Shown: piece after piece, positions 1-11,812 of the stretch
Layout: the number at the start of each line of letters is the position of its first letter
Numbering within the stretch: position 1 is the stretch's first letter
Assembly: GCA_008632985.1 (NCBI GenBank)
Contig: QPGO01000246.1
Coordinates: 1 to 64,000 of the forward strand
Reading direction: 5' to 3'
DNA: 64,000 nucleotides
DNA from: Psammoneis japonica
Taxonomy: Eukaryota
The notes under the pieces: model-generated
Seen by the model: the letters and a program-made list of their open reading frames with translations, nothing else
What the model was told of the DNA's origin: nothing
Database searches by the model: none
Translations under genes and position numbers: made by a program

Positions 1-149
1 TTTGATAGAAGAAACAAAAAGATACATGGTGTATTTTACTAGATTGTTGCGCGTAATCTACAAACATATACACTGAACACCAAGTGACGTCGATGGATAC
101 ATAAAAAATACATCCCATGCTACTCCTCGAATTCGGAACCAACGCGCGG

Positions 150-1110
150 TCCCATTTCTTGAAAATATCCGGTTTGGCCGTGACCACACGGTAAAGAAGG
201 TTAGGGTTGTTTCTAACCCGTGCCAACACCTTGGCCCAAATGCCATCAGGAATCGAATCATGACGCAACAACCGCAAAATGTCTCGCAACATCTCCTGGT
301 CCCTTTCAATCTCAGACACTTGATCCTCGCTAATGCCGTGCCACAAATGGCAGGGATTGACCTTCAAATTTTGCTTCACGCCATCCACTGGGGCCGCCTC
401 CCCACCAACCGCGACACACGCACATCCACGATTGTGTTGTTTTATGCAAGCATTTGTCCGAGGGCTCTTGCACCACCATCTCCAATGCCGTTGCCATCAA
501 GATCAAGAGCATCAATGGATGAGCTTTCGTTCACGCTCCTGACCAACGCTTCAGCTCCGTTTTGCCCAACACGACAATTTGACAGCCTCAAACCTGTCAG
601 TTTGTGTTTTTCATCAACAGTTCGCCAAGACATTCTGCACCTCGATTTCCGATGGAGTTTCCTGAGAGGTCGACCCATTCGAACTCTGCACTCTGTTCCC
701 GGGCTTTGCATGAAGACTTTGCACCATCAGGGCCAATGCTGTTGCAGCTCAGAAAGAGTTCCTTCAGCCGAAAAAGAGAAGGGATGACTTCTGACAAACA
801 CGCTGCACCGTCATCCCCAATGTCGCAGCAAGGCAACCCAAGGACAGACAGCTTTGGGAGCAACAAAAGGGCTCGACAAAAATGTTTCATGCCCTCTGAA
901 TCAAGGTTGCAACCAGTCAAACAAAGGTTTGTTAATTTGCAAAAGGAAGGAAGTTTTCGGCTCAATCACTTGGCACCGTCATTGTCAACTTGCAAGATTT
1001 CCAAGTGATCAACTTCGCTCGGCTTCGTCATGGCCAACACATCTTGCAACCGGCTCATGTTTCCCTCATTTTGCAACCACAGGAGATGTGTCAAATGCAA
1101 CAAGCACACA
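150..1110 (-). pseudogene. RNI-like leucine-rich-repeat (NLRC3/NOD3-like) protein, copy 1, frameshifted
   Basis: ORF fragments in different frames: 597-965 (LTNLCLTGCNLDSEGMKHF, LGLPCCDIGDDGAACL, LFLSCNSIGPDGAKS) and 442-711 (LDLDGNGIGDGGARALGQML). C-terminal IPDGIWAKVLARV..NPNLLYRVV-type tail near 180-260. Boundaries approximate. Confidence 0.8.
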
Positions 1111-1299
1111 ACAGCATTGAGCTTGCCCAAAACTCGTGAAAAAATGGGGCTGGCAGTCGAGTTTGTGGCGGCATGATGGGGTGCGATGCCGTGGTGGCTC
1201 TGTCAGAATTTGCCAGTCATGCACACGCAGAAACTGCACCCACGTCTTGGATTTTGACAGAGTCGAACCGGTCAATTCTGCTTTCTAGCTGGAGCAGCC

Positions 1300-1745
1300 G
1301 CAGCAGCAGCAGCTGGTCTTGTGGGTCCTGCAGCAGAGTGCAATTGCAGCAGCAAAGTGGCATTTGAAGTCTCTTCTGTCTAGTTGCAAAACAAGATCCA
1401 ATGCACAGCAAAGTGCAGCATCACTTGCACAAAACAGGGACAACACGACTCCACTCTCTCTCCAGCGTCCTCTCAGCCACCAACAAAAGCAGGTCAACAT
1501 TTTGCCTCACGGCTGCAGCATTTGTTTAAAGGGCAGCTTGGTGCCATTGCACCAGCTGGTGTCTTGCCTTGATGTGGTCCTTGGGGCTCAGATTTCACAG
1601 CCAGAGCATCTGTGCCGCCAACTTGATGCACAAAAATGCGAGCAAAAAGAGGGCCCCTCTTGAGCTGGCACGCTCAGCTCCTCTTCTGGCACTGCTGTGG
1701 AGTGCTGAAGGACCACTTGAATGTTTTTTTGGATGCAGCTGGTGC
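1300..1745 (-). pseudogene. Eroded 3' fragment of the 'VRF..RGLE' gene, paralogous to 7328-7620
   Basis: Aligns by eye to 7240-7620; ORF 1588-1779 KNIQVVLQHSTAVPEEELS vs KNIQTVVQHSAVLPEEELS. Confidence 0.8.
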
Positions 1746-1749
1746 ACAG

Positions 1750-4700
1750 CTGTGTGTCATCATGGCCAACTAACCCCACTCCCAGTGTGAGCCATTCAGC
1801 GGCTCACATCACGCGAAGTTGCGGGTGTCTCAGGTGGTTTGGGTCAAACCAAAAAGACCCAACAGACAACAGGCAAAAATGTGCAAAACAATGAGATGTC
1901 TGCAAAAACTTGGCATCAGTCAATGCAGTGGCATCTGTTTGAGACAGTGCAAGCTCTTGACTTTGGAAGTTTGCTTTGCTCTTTTGTGTCATTTTTGCAA
2001 TCACAGCAAGGGCAAAAGGAGCCAAAATTCTCTTGGACTCCTGTGCAAGTTGTGCAATTTCTGCCATGTGTGCAATTTGCAATGTGGCTGCTGATGCAGT
2101 TTGAATCCTGCTGCTGACCCTGGTCCAACACAAAACACACAACACCTCTGACAAGGAACTCTGCAGCCAACTTTTGTTTGCTCCATTTGAGACAAAATGG
2201 AGAGGCAGCAGTGCTGCCACACAATTTGATTTCAGAAAGGTCTCAGCACTTGTCACATGCTTCTTCCAACCAACCATTCAACAGCTGCTGAGCTCTCTTG
2301 ATGTCTCAAATGTTCCCTGATTTTGAGCCAAGACAAAGGGTTTGCTTGTGAAGCACATCTTTCTTGTCATTTTGTGTGCATCCTTGCCACTGCATCCTTC
2401 TGTTGGAAAATGCTTGAGCCGTCTTCTTTGATGAAAAGTGCCACAAGATTCTTCCCCATGGTGGAAAACCTTTGCTGTGCAGCAACTCAAATGGTGCTCA
2501 CTGGTTCTTGTCCACAATGGCTTTCAGAAGCAGACTCACACTCTCCAGCACTTGGAGTGCTCCCATGCAAGAAGATGAGCAGCACTGCCAAGAAGCAGCA
2601 CCTGCCTTGAACAAAGAGTTTTCACACACATGTTTCTGCCTGGGGTGTGTCCATCCCATCAATTGACAATGATCTTCAACAACATCTGCGCCAGCCCCTG
2701 TGAAACTTGCATGGTGTGAGAAAAAGTGAAAAGGTTTCGGACCAGCGAGAGTGTGAGAGGCAGCCACCATCTTGCTCACATCCAGGGTGATGATGATGCT
2801 CTCACAACTTGTGCGAGCACCAAGAAAGACAGCCTCCTGCAAACTGTTGTGGCACTTCTGCAAGATGTGTGCTGAGTTGGGACAACAAATGGTGTCTCTC
2901 AAAGGTGCCAACCAAACTGCTCTCAACCATGGCCACCTCACTGCCACCTCACTTGCAAAACACTGCTCATGAGGAGCCAATTTGTTTCAAGTCATTGGAG
3001 CAGCCAAGCATTCACTTGCACTGTGCTTGAAGAACAAGCGCACAAATGAAAGCAGAGCAAGGTGCGAAAAGTGGAAATTGTGAGATTAAATTTTGCTCTG
3101 TGATTTTTGGTTTGTCCGAATGAGTTCTCAATGGCCCAGAGCTTCTGCACTGCTTCTGCAGACAAAAAGCCTTTTGGAGAATGCAGTCATGACAACAGAT
3201 TGTCCGAACACAACTGGCGCTGACACACAAGATGTCAACATCATCCATTGATCGTGTTTGCAATTTTTGACTTCTGATCAACTCTGTGTGATCGTTCTGT
3301 CCTTCGCACGCATCCACGATTGTGGCGCGATTGACAGCACAAGTTGTGCGTGATTTTGCAAATGTGCGTGCCGGCATCATGGCAGTTGCGTGCTGCACAC
3401 TGCAGCTTCTGTTTGCATTGGATGCTTGCTCTGCAAAACCATGGCAAAAAGTCTTTGAAGTTGTTGAGAGAGAACCTGATGATGCTCAAAGTCTGTGTGT
3501 TGCCAAGAAGACTGTCCAGGGGACTGGCTGGCCATCACATGCCATCTCATGCCACACAGGAGTGGGATCTGTGAAACAAATGCAGGAGCACCACAACAAC
3601 AAAATGCTGTTGTAAATTGCTTCAAACTGTGACAAACACAACAACCTCATCAAACAATCACAGCTGCCCACAAGCCAGTTCAGTGCTCTCTCATTTGACG
3701 GCAGCTCAGTTCCTGTGCCTTGACTCTGTCATCACAAACAAAGCATCATCATTCCACAAATGCAAACACCAAACCCAAGACTGGCACATTGCACACCCCA
3801 TCCAGAACCATGCCAGTTCAAGAAGCCCTCCCACTCAGACAAATTGAAACATCCCTTGAAGCATGGATCATCAATCCACTCAATTGGGTGCAACCAAACA
3901 TGGTGGGTTCAAAGGAGACACATCTGCTTGCAGAAATCAACTTGCACAAACAAAAGGCAAAGGGGAAATGAGCGGCATTTGTTGCAAGTTGGGCACATCA
4001 CAGGGACAATTGCAAGCACTGCTTTGAGAAAGGAACACAAGTCAGAGAGTTTGGCGACTTCAGGGAGCATCTGAAGGAAGTCCAGAAGTTTTTGATGCAA
4101 CAGGCATCCAACCCATTTGTGACAAAACATGAAAACAAGAGATGGAGAATGATCAGATGCAACACTCAGTCACCAAGCTGAAGCAACAAGCTGGCCAGAT
4201 GGGGCTGGCATGATCAAAAAACAAGTCAACATTGGCTGAGCAGATCTTCAATGGATTTTGGGGAGCAGCAAGAAGTGCTTTTGGAACAATGTTGTTTTCA
4301 ATGGCTGGCGGCCCCTGAACATGCCACTGAAGAGCAGAGGTTTGTTTGATGCTGGATTTTGCAACCAAAGAAGCATCAGCAGGCATCTTGGCATGTTTCT
4401 TTGAGAACATGCTGGCGCTGAAACCAGTGCTGTGGCCTTTCCTGGTTTCACAAAAAACGATGCAATTCTGCTGTTTGGGGCCAAGCAGCAACATGCTTGC
4501 CATTTTGCAAAGTGCAGTCAAGAAGAAAGCAATGAAGACACTGACTTTGGCAATGAAAAGCACATTGACAAAGATGAATCCATGACAGCAGGTGAATGCA
4601 AAACAGCCACAAAAGACACCATTGAGAGCCAAGCCATGAGATGCATCAAGCAAGCAATTGGACACGCCCAAAACATGGCCTTTGTGCAGATGACAGTTGC

Positions 4701-5700
4701 AAGTGATGTTTCCACAAGGAAGGTGCTTGTTTGTGCACTCCTGAATGCTGTGCACAGCTTGCTCAAAGTGTGGTGCTGTTGGTTGTCAACCATGTTCTGT
4801 TTGTGTGCAGTGCGAACAGTCAAGTTGTTCATGTTGTGTGTTGATTGAGTGCACAGATGACCAAGTTTTGAGGCATGTTTGTTGAGGAGGCAATGTCCCA
4901 TGTGCGGGCTTTGCCTTGCACAACGGCTCCAGAGGACGGAAGACTTGGAAGGGAGCAACAAGTTGCCAGAACCATTCAATGACCACAGCAAGCCCTCATG
5001 CTTGTGTGGCATGCTGTGGCAATGCTTGCAGATTGATGGCATCTGCTGCAAGAGAGACGTGGGCCTCTTTTTGTCATCATCAGCCTCATTTTTCTGATGG
5101 TGTGTTGGCGCGCACCACAGGCAGTGCATGCTTCACTCATGCACCCACAACTGCACAGCATGGATGAAGTCTGTCTCAGTCTGCATGACCAAACTGGCAT
5201 GTGGGTGTTGAGGAGGAGACCCTTCTGGTGAGGGATTTTGCAGTGGATCCATGCACATGAGAAAGAGCTGGGGGTGTTTCATGAGCTGGGCTCATCATGT
5301 GAGAGATCAGGGAACATTGACATGTGGTCTGACTTGCAACTTTGATTTGCCCATTCAAAGACCATGACGAGAAGATGATGCATCTGTTTGCAGGACTGTG
5401 TTGGTCAGTCCAGAGGTTGTGCCAGTGTGCAACCGTGTTGTCATGGTCAAACAATGGCCTGCACTTGTGGAGTCTGATTGAAGCTGCACTGCAGTGTCCT
5501 GGCAAGTGCCTTTGCACTTTAGATGTGCAAAGGCATTTCAACTGCATTTGCAGAAGAGGCAGCATTGTTGGTGAATCAAAGAAAGGGAGTGATTGCAATG
5601 GATGGCTTGTGTGGAAGAACAGAGCATCAGTCGGTTGCCAGACACTGCAAACAGGCAAGCAGGGACAATGCCTCCACTGCACAAAGAATGGTCTTTGGTT
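1750..5700. pseudogene. Heavily eroded coding remnants of unknown identity (TpA/CpG-depleted)
   Basis: Protein-like fragments (e.g. 4432-4848, 5342-5746, 1804-2277) rich in Cys/His and lacking Tyr. No domain recognised. Confidence 0.45.
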
Positions 5701-5864
5701 GAAACCAAAAGACACACAGTGCATTGTGCCAGATTGTTCTGGGTGATCTGCAAACATGCAATGAACACCAAGTGACATTGATGGATGCATCTCATGTGCA
5801 TCCCCCCACACTCCTCAAATTTGGAGCCAATGCGTGGCTCATGCTGCCATGTGAACAAAGCAAC

Positions 5865-6830
5865 ATCCTTTTCTTGAGAACATCCAGTTTGGCCTTGACT
5901 GCATGGAAAAGAAGGTTGGGGTTGTGGCCAACCCATGCCAACATCTTGGCCCAAATGCCATCAGAAATCCAATCATGATGCAGCAACTGCAAAATGTCCC
6001 ACAACATCTCTCCTGGTCCCCTTCAATCTCAGATGCTTGATCCTTGCCAATGTCATGCCACAAAATGCAGGGAATGACATTGTGACATTCAAGCTGTCCC
6101 CCTTTTCTCCAAAAGAGGCACACAACACAATCACAAATGTGATTTTGTTGTTGTGCTCAAGCATTTGTCCAAGGGCTCTTGCACCACCATCTCCAGTGTC
6201 GTTGTCATCAAGACAAAGACTGTCAATGAATGTGCTTTCTTCCATGCTCCTGGCCAACATTTTGGCTCTCTTTTGACCAATGCAACAATCAGCAAGGCAC
6301 AAACCTGTCAGTTTGCAATGTTTTGTCAACAGCTCTCACCAAGACATTCTGCACCTTCATCTCCGATTGAGTTTCCTGTGAGGTCGACACTTTCGATTTC
6401 TGCACTCTGTTCAAGCACTTTGCACAAGGACTTTGCACCCTCAGGGCCAACGCCATTGTGGTTGAGCACAAGTTTCTCCAACCGAAAAAGAAAAGGGGTG
6501 ACTTTCGACAAACACTTGATGCCATCATCCCCAATCTTGTTGGATCAAGCACACACAGCTTTGGGAGGAGTGACCGAAGGGCTCGAGACAAACAGTCCAT
6601 TCCCTCTGAACCAGTGGCACAAGCAATCAAATGAAGGTTCATCAATTTGCAAAAGGAGGGAAGAACATGGCCCAATTGCTTGACACCTTTGACATCAATT
6701 TCTTCAGCCAAGATGAAGATGCTGTCGACCCAGCTCGGGTTCGTTTCAGCAAACACATCTTCTTGCAACCAATGCAATTCCCTCATTGCAACTGCAGGAG
6801 ACTTGTCAAATGCAATGAGCACAAAACGGC
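5865..6830 (-). pseudogene. RNI-like LRR protein, copy 2, frameshifted and eroded
   Basis: Fragments 6326-6511 (LVLNHNGVGPEGAKSL, VDLTGNSIGDEGAECL), 5973-6329 (LCLDDNDTGDGGARALGQML) and 5792-6007 (ISDGIWAKMLAWVGHNPNLLFH). Confidence 0.8.
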
Positions 6831-7076
6831 GTTAAGCTTACACTCAAACGTCGTTGAAAGAATGGGACTGAGATTTCTGTTGTGTTGCCGGGGGGGGGGG
6901 CAGGGGACGTGGGGACCGAGGACGCGGGACGCGGCGGCGAACAATCAGTCTCGCGACACCGGCACATCTCCACTCTCCATCGTGAGTCTGTCAAAATTTG
7001 TCAGTCGTGCGTCGTGCGGTAGTAAGTCCTTCACTCTAATAGCTACTAGAGAGCTAGCTACTAGAATGCCATTTGT

Positions 7077-7371
7077 AGCAGCAGAGTGACATTTGAAGTC
7101 TCTTCTATCTACCGGTAGTAACAAAATACGATCTAATATGGCAAAGTGTAGTGTCACTTGCATATAAAACAGGAACAACGCGATTGTACTCTAACGTCCT
7201 CTCAACGAAAGCGGCTCGAGATTTTGCTGCGCGGGCAGCAAAGTGATATTTGAAGTCTCTTCTAATAAGATCTAATATAGCAAAGTGTAGTGTCACTTGC
7301 ATAAAACAGGAACAACACGATTGTACTCTAACGTCCTCTCAACGAAAGCGGCTCGAGATTTTGCTGCGCGG
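7077..7371. repeat. ~140-160 bp tandem duplication covering the stop codon and 3' UTR of the RGLE gene
   Basis: gcaaagtgtagtgtcacttgcat...gattgtactctaacgtcctctcaacgaaagcggctcgagattttgctgcgcgg occurs at ~7141-7234 and ~7280-7371. Confidence 0.9.
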
Positions 7372-8157
7372 CTGCAGCATTCGTTCGAAGGGTAGCTTGA
7401 CACCGTTGCGCCAACTGGTGTCTTGTTTTGAGATAGTCCATTCTATTGTATTTGGGTAGAGATTTCACAGCCAGAGCGTCTGCGTCCCCAACTTGACGTG
7501 CGAGCACACGAGCCAAGAAGGATTGCTCCTGGGCCAGAATGCTCAGCTCCTCTTCTGGCAGTACCGCGGAGTGTTGAACGACCGTTTGGATGTTTTTAGA
7601 TGCGGCTTGACTGCGAACTTGACCGTGTAGTTTAGAAATCCATCGCTCCAAGCCTCGACGCGAATGAGCATGTGTACAGTATTGAATCAAGCCCTGTGAA
7701 CGAAACAAGGACGGAATTAGCAAAAAATGAACTCGTCTTTATTTATCATGACTTTCTCTCGCACAAAAACCCGACTTACCGCATCAGCAGATACTTGGTC
7801 GAGTGAAGTATTCTCGTTCTCAGTTGTTATGAATCGTCGAGTGTTGTTGAATGATTGGTCCAATCCAAGAAGCAGTCGATCATCTCGTCGCTGTCTCGAC
7901 TCTCGACAAATCTGACGAGCTGTTGCTTTGAATGCATAATAATCCTCTTCTTGCCACCAAATAGCGGCCCTTTCGGTCGCTGACATTTCATCAAGTGGAG
8001 CAACATACTCCAACACTTGACAAGAAGGAGCAAACCGAACGGTACTTTTTCGTTCGTGATTTGCGTCAATCACATCCAAGCGTTTCGTACCAGTCTCATT
8101 CTCATCTCGATCAGCGACCTCATGATGCACAGGTGGAGAACTACTCATCATGAACAT
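7328..8157 (-). CDS. Diatom-type hypothetical protein ('VRF..W..DY..RGLE' family); 2 exons, intron 7694-7779
   Basis: Exon 1 has STVRFAPS..IWWQEEDY; a GTAAG..CAG intron joins it in frame to exon 2 GLIQYCTHAHSRRGLERW..VGDADA. Confidence 0.8.
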
Positions 8158-9021
8158 AATGTGGGCGGTACGTTATTATCTGTTCTTTAGTTGCGCAAGT
8201 CTCAGTCTTCGCTTCATGTTGTGTTTGTTGAATGTGCTTCGCTCTTCCAACACGACACAACAAGCTTCACCCCCAACAGAGATCACCGTAGGCGCTGGTA
8301 TTGGTTCTACAGTGATTCGTCTCCGAAATTTGATAGTATCGTTCAATGAGCAGAAAAAAATAGCGAACGCTAGGTAAAAATTATCGTTACTTCATGAGCT
8401 TATGACCAATAACACGTCTGCTCTAAATAAATTTTTATGTATTTTATACAGAATATGTATGTCTCAATTTTTTAGTATCGCTTTTTAGGTACTATGATAA
8501 TGGATCATTGGGGGACGACGTCTGTTCGCAAGCCGACTGTTCGCTCCTCACAATATTTCGATGTTTGGCGGCCGTACTTCAAGGCAAAGTCGGTACTACT
8601 TAACTAGCTATTATGATATGCACCAAAAAACACAATATCATGCATGATACTCTAGGGCCCTATCTATCTCGAGAGCACACCTATTCTTTTCCCCTCTAGA
8701 TCTACGAGTATCTGGTAGGAGCAACAAATCAAAACTCGGTTGGACTGCAACATGAAACTGTTACATTTAGTAGGGTCGAAAGATGTGGGGCAGCGACACA
8801 GGCGACACTTCTGTCGGAAGAGATTTTACGACTTGCCGAACAAGCGCTATTTTAGAGATTACAGTAATGGAATACCATATTGATTTGATTAGAAAAGCTA
8901 CTATACGTTATACACTATTGTTAGAGAGAAAGGCTAAATGATTGTTCCACACAAACAAGGATTCCCTCTCGTTATCAGATTGGCAAAACACCACGTGATC
9001 CCGGTCTAACCCGAATCATCG

Positions 9022-11496
9022 TTAGTTCTCCTTCTTGCTATTCTGGACAGGCGTCAAGGGCGCTACCCACTGCCAAACGTCTCGTTGGCTCCCGTCTTCA
9101 CCAATTTGCGTGAAATTGTGAATACGATGGTCTCGTTTCACTTCCACAACAACCTGCCTCCAAATCGTATTCGTGACGTAGCGACGCTCCTTCCTGGACC
9201 GAGGATACAATTCGTTTGCCACCATGTCACGCAACATCAACACCACCGTGGGTCTACCTTGTTCTTGTAGCCTGGCACAGGCCAAGTCACGGACCCTATC
9301 AACTTCGTTGCGAAACTTCCTATGGCGGATACGAGCCATTGCAACGTGAAGAACCAACATGACAAACACAGCAACTGATACTGCAATGAGTGGATCCTTC
9401 ACTGCCCAGTCGAAAAGAACTTTCGCCAAACTACAGATGCCGCTCCAACCCATCATACCCGAGTCCTTAGCAAAGTGCAAGATCATGCACGAAAGCGGAA
9501 CTTTCAACTCCTTGGTTATAGTTCCGCGAGTCAATCGAATCAGTTGGAGCTCGTTATCGAGTTGAAACAAAGAGTGGTTCAAAGCTAGAAGCGGCGAATC
9601 CAAATCAATATCAACCCGCTTTTGGATATCTCGCATGGCAAACGAAGGAACCTTGTCCTTATCGACTTTGGCTGGCGAAACTGGACACTTCTTCATGGGG
9701 AGCTGGCACCCCAAGTCACAGGTGTATTCCACGGTGAGATTCATCAAGGTATCCTTGATGGCAGATAGTGTGGTGACCGCATCACTGTTCAGGTTGCACT
9801 TGGTACCCCAAGGATCAGGCTCCATGAATTGGCTATCCTGGCAGTGGAGAAGAAAGCCGTTGCTACAGATTCCGCCCTCTGGACATGGGACTCGTTCTTT
9901 GTCGCGACCGGGAGCACAAGCGTTGATTCCTTTATCCAAAAGCCATGGCGGCGTTTCAATGTTTGGGTCTTCATATCCGGGTGTAGGCTCAAAGCATGGA
10001 GGTGCATTCTTACTCAAGGAAGCGCGGGTGGAGGTCTCGTTGCCTACAAGAACGTCGTATACTACAAGAAGACAAACAACGGCCATCGCATAACGCGCCA
10101 CATCCCAAAACGCCTTCATCTTTCGCTTGAGCGGTACCACTTCTTCGTGTTCTTCCTCGTCTTCGCTCACGACCGAGTGCTGGCGATCAGTTGCTTCCTC
10201 GCCAAAATCGGCTGCTTGCGGGACCGGGTTCTGGAGACGGTCTTGCTGAACCTGGTTCTCAAAACGCATCTGAGCCTCACGGGCTTCCCGTTCCTGCTGC
10301 TTGATTCGCTCTGCGATGGCTGCAGGGGATACTGCCTGCTGATATGCGCGCGCGTGATCACCAAACATCATTGCATGAGGAGGTGAGTGCATCATGGCTT
10401 GATAAGGCGCCTGTGGATTGCGCACAAGAGTAGGAGAATTCACAGGGGCTTGGTAATATGCATAAGCTGGATGCTGTACAGGTGGCTGCTGAGCAGAGGG
10501 ACGGACAGCCTCTCCAGTAGCGGCGGCTGGAGGATAGTACAGGGATTGCCCGTCGGCACCACGAGCCTCTCTCATCGCAGCGGCTGGAGGAGATAAGTGA
10601 GATAGCCCGGTGGAATTGAAATCCGCCGTGGGAGCAGTTGGCCCTTGAAGCCCAGCAGCCCTTGCCTCTTGGTTGAAACCGGCAACATCGTCGCGGCTCT
10701 TCCGCGGTCTCCTCCTCCTAACGGTAGAAGAAGACTTGGTCCTTTTCGCTACAGGTTGAACCGTGTTCAAAAAGACATTCTGTCCCTCGGTAAGCTCTTG
10801 TTGAAAGATACTGTTCTGCCTCTCGCTGTTCTGCTCAGTCATATCCTCCTCCTCGTCGTCTTCCTCCTCTTCTTCGCTCATGATAACATCCTCAACATTG
10901 ACTCGTGTGGTACTCTGTCGCTTCGCGGCCCACTCTGTAGCACGAGCCTGTGCCTCGGCACGCTGTTCCTTTTTAGACTTCTTCGCCTTGATTTCGACTT
11001 GCTCCTCTTCTTCTTCAGAGACGTTCTGCTCCGTCATATCCTCGTCGTCGTCTTCCTCCTCTTCTTCGCTCATGATAACGTCCTCCTCCTCGTCTTGTGT
11101 AGTAATCTTCATCTTCTTGGCCCACTCTGCAGCACGAGCCTGTGCCTCGGCAAGCTGCTCCTTCTTCGATTTCTTCGCCTTGTTATTGGACGACGTAGTG
11201 GGCGTCTTCGTCGCGGTAGTACTAGCCGGTAGAGACTTTTGGGTAGAACGTGATGGAGTATTTCTTGTACTAGTAGCCCGTGTCGTCGTCGTCGTAGTCT
11301 TTCGAGTGGGCGTGGTACGGCGACGCTTTGTCGGACGACTTGCTTCAGGCGGAGACGACGTTTTTCCTTTAGCAAAATCAGCAGCGACCCTGTCCTGTAT
11401 CGCTTTCTTCTGTGCCGCCGTCATTTTCTTTTTCGTCTTGTCAGCGGCGGTAGACGACGACCCAGTGATAGAGTCACTCTTTCGTTTGGGTGGCAT
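9022..11496 (-). CDS. MAN1/Src1-like inner nuclear membrane protein
   Basis: Start taken at MPPKRK. Basic/acidic N-terminus, two TM helices flanking a Cys-rich luminal region (CPEGGICSNG), and an MSC-like C-terminus (LRDMV..IWRQVV..DHRI..VWQWV). Confidence 0.75.
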   Translation of the reverse strand: MPPKRKSDSITGSSSTAADKTKKKMTAAQKKAIQDRVAADFAKGKTSSPPEASRPTKRRRTTPTRKTTTTTTRATSTRNTPSRSTQKSLPASTTATKTPTTSSNNKAKKSKKEQLAEAQARAAEWAKKMKITTQDEEEDVIMSEEEEEDDDEDMTEQNVSEEEEEQVEIKAKKSKKEQRAEAQARATEWAAKRQSTTRVNVEDVIMSEEEEEDDEEEDMTEQNSERQNSIFQQELTEGQNVFLNTVQPVAKRTKSSSTVRRRRPRKSRDDVAGFNQEARAAGLQGPTAPTADFNSTGLSHLSPPAAAMREARGADGQSLYYPPAAATGEAVRPSAQQPPVQHPAYAYYQAPVNSPTLVRNPQAPYQAMMHSPPHAMMFGDHARAYQQAVSPAAIAERIKQQEREAREAQMRFENQVQQDRLQNPVPQAADFGEEATDRQHSVVSEDEEEHEEVVPLKRKMKAFWDVARYAMAVVCLLVVYDVLVGNETSTRASLSKNAPPCFEPTPGYEDPNIETPPWLLDKGINACAPGRDKERVPCPEGGICSNGFLLHCQDSQFMEPDPWGTKCNLNSDAVTTLSAIKDTLMNLTVEYTCDLGCQLPMKKCPVSPAKVDKDKVPSFAMRDIQKRVDIDLDSPLLALNHSLFQLDNELQLIRLTRGTITKELKVPLSCMILHFAKDSGMMGWSGICSLAKVLFDWAVKDPLIAVSVAVFVMLVLHVAMARIRHRKFRNEVDRVRDLACARLQEQGRPTVVLMLRDMVANELYPRSRKERRYVTNTIWRQVVVEVKRDHRIHNFTQIGEDGSQRDVWQWVAPLTPVQNSKKEN
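10828..11181. repeat. Intragenic duplication (units ~195 bp apart) in the MAN1-like gene
   Basis: KKSKKEQxAEAQARAxEWAxK..EDVIMSEEEEEDD..DMTEQN occurs twice. Confidence 0.9.
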
Positions 11497-11812
11497 GGTG
11501 GTGAACGTCAATAGCAATACTGTAATACCAACAACAACAACAGACTCGAGCAGTGGTGTAACAACCTTCTGCGAAATCCAACGATCACTTTTTCATGTAC
11601 AGTACGGGTTGTGTGGTATTGTTCACCGTATGTAGCTTTTGTATTACGTTCTATGTAAGTTTTCGAACTGAATCATGTGCACGACTCAACCGTCACCATT
11701 GATTCAGTCGACTCAATCCCGAATCCTCTTCCTGACGGCACACGGACGGTGAGTCGAGATAGGAAGAGTCATTTTTTATTTCCTGCGGCATGACACCTGC
11801 ATCAAGTCGACC

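Larger units (their letters stand above)
1..7620. repeat. Local direct segmental duplication: ~1-1745 vs ~5693-7620 (LRR gene, spacer, RGLE-gene 3' end)
   Basis: Colinear similarity, e.g. 11-46 gaaacaaaaagatacatggtgtattttactagattg vs 5701-5736 gaaaccaaaagacacacagtgcattgtgccagattg; also 1081-1126 vs ~6796-6841 and ~1408-1740 vs ~7280-7610. Confidence 0.9.

Noticed and set aside
1173..6329. Dense overlapping Cys/His-rich ORFs on all six frames (also 28583-34259 and 56604-57955)
   Set aside because: An artefact of TA loss: TAA/TAG stops vanish and Tyr becomes Cys/His. These are not real overlapping genes or metal-binding proteins.
260..6830. Classical fungal RIP or CpG deamination alone as the explanation
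   Set aside because: RIP increases TpA and deamination does not remove it. The paralogue alignments show TA->TG/CA changes.
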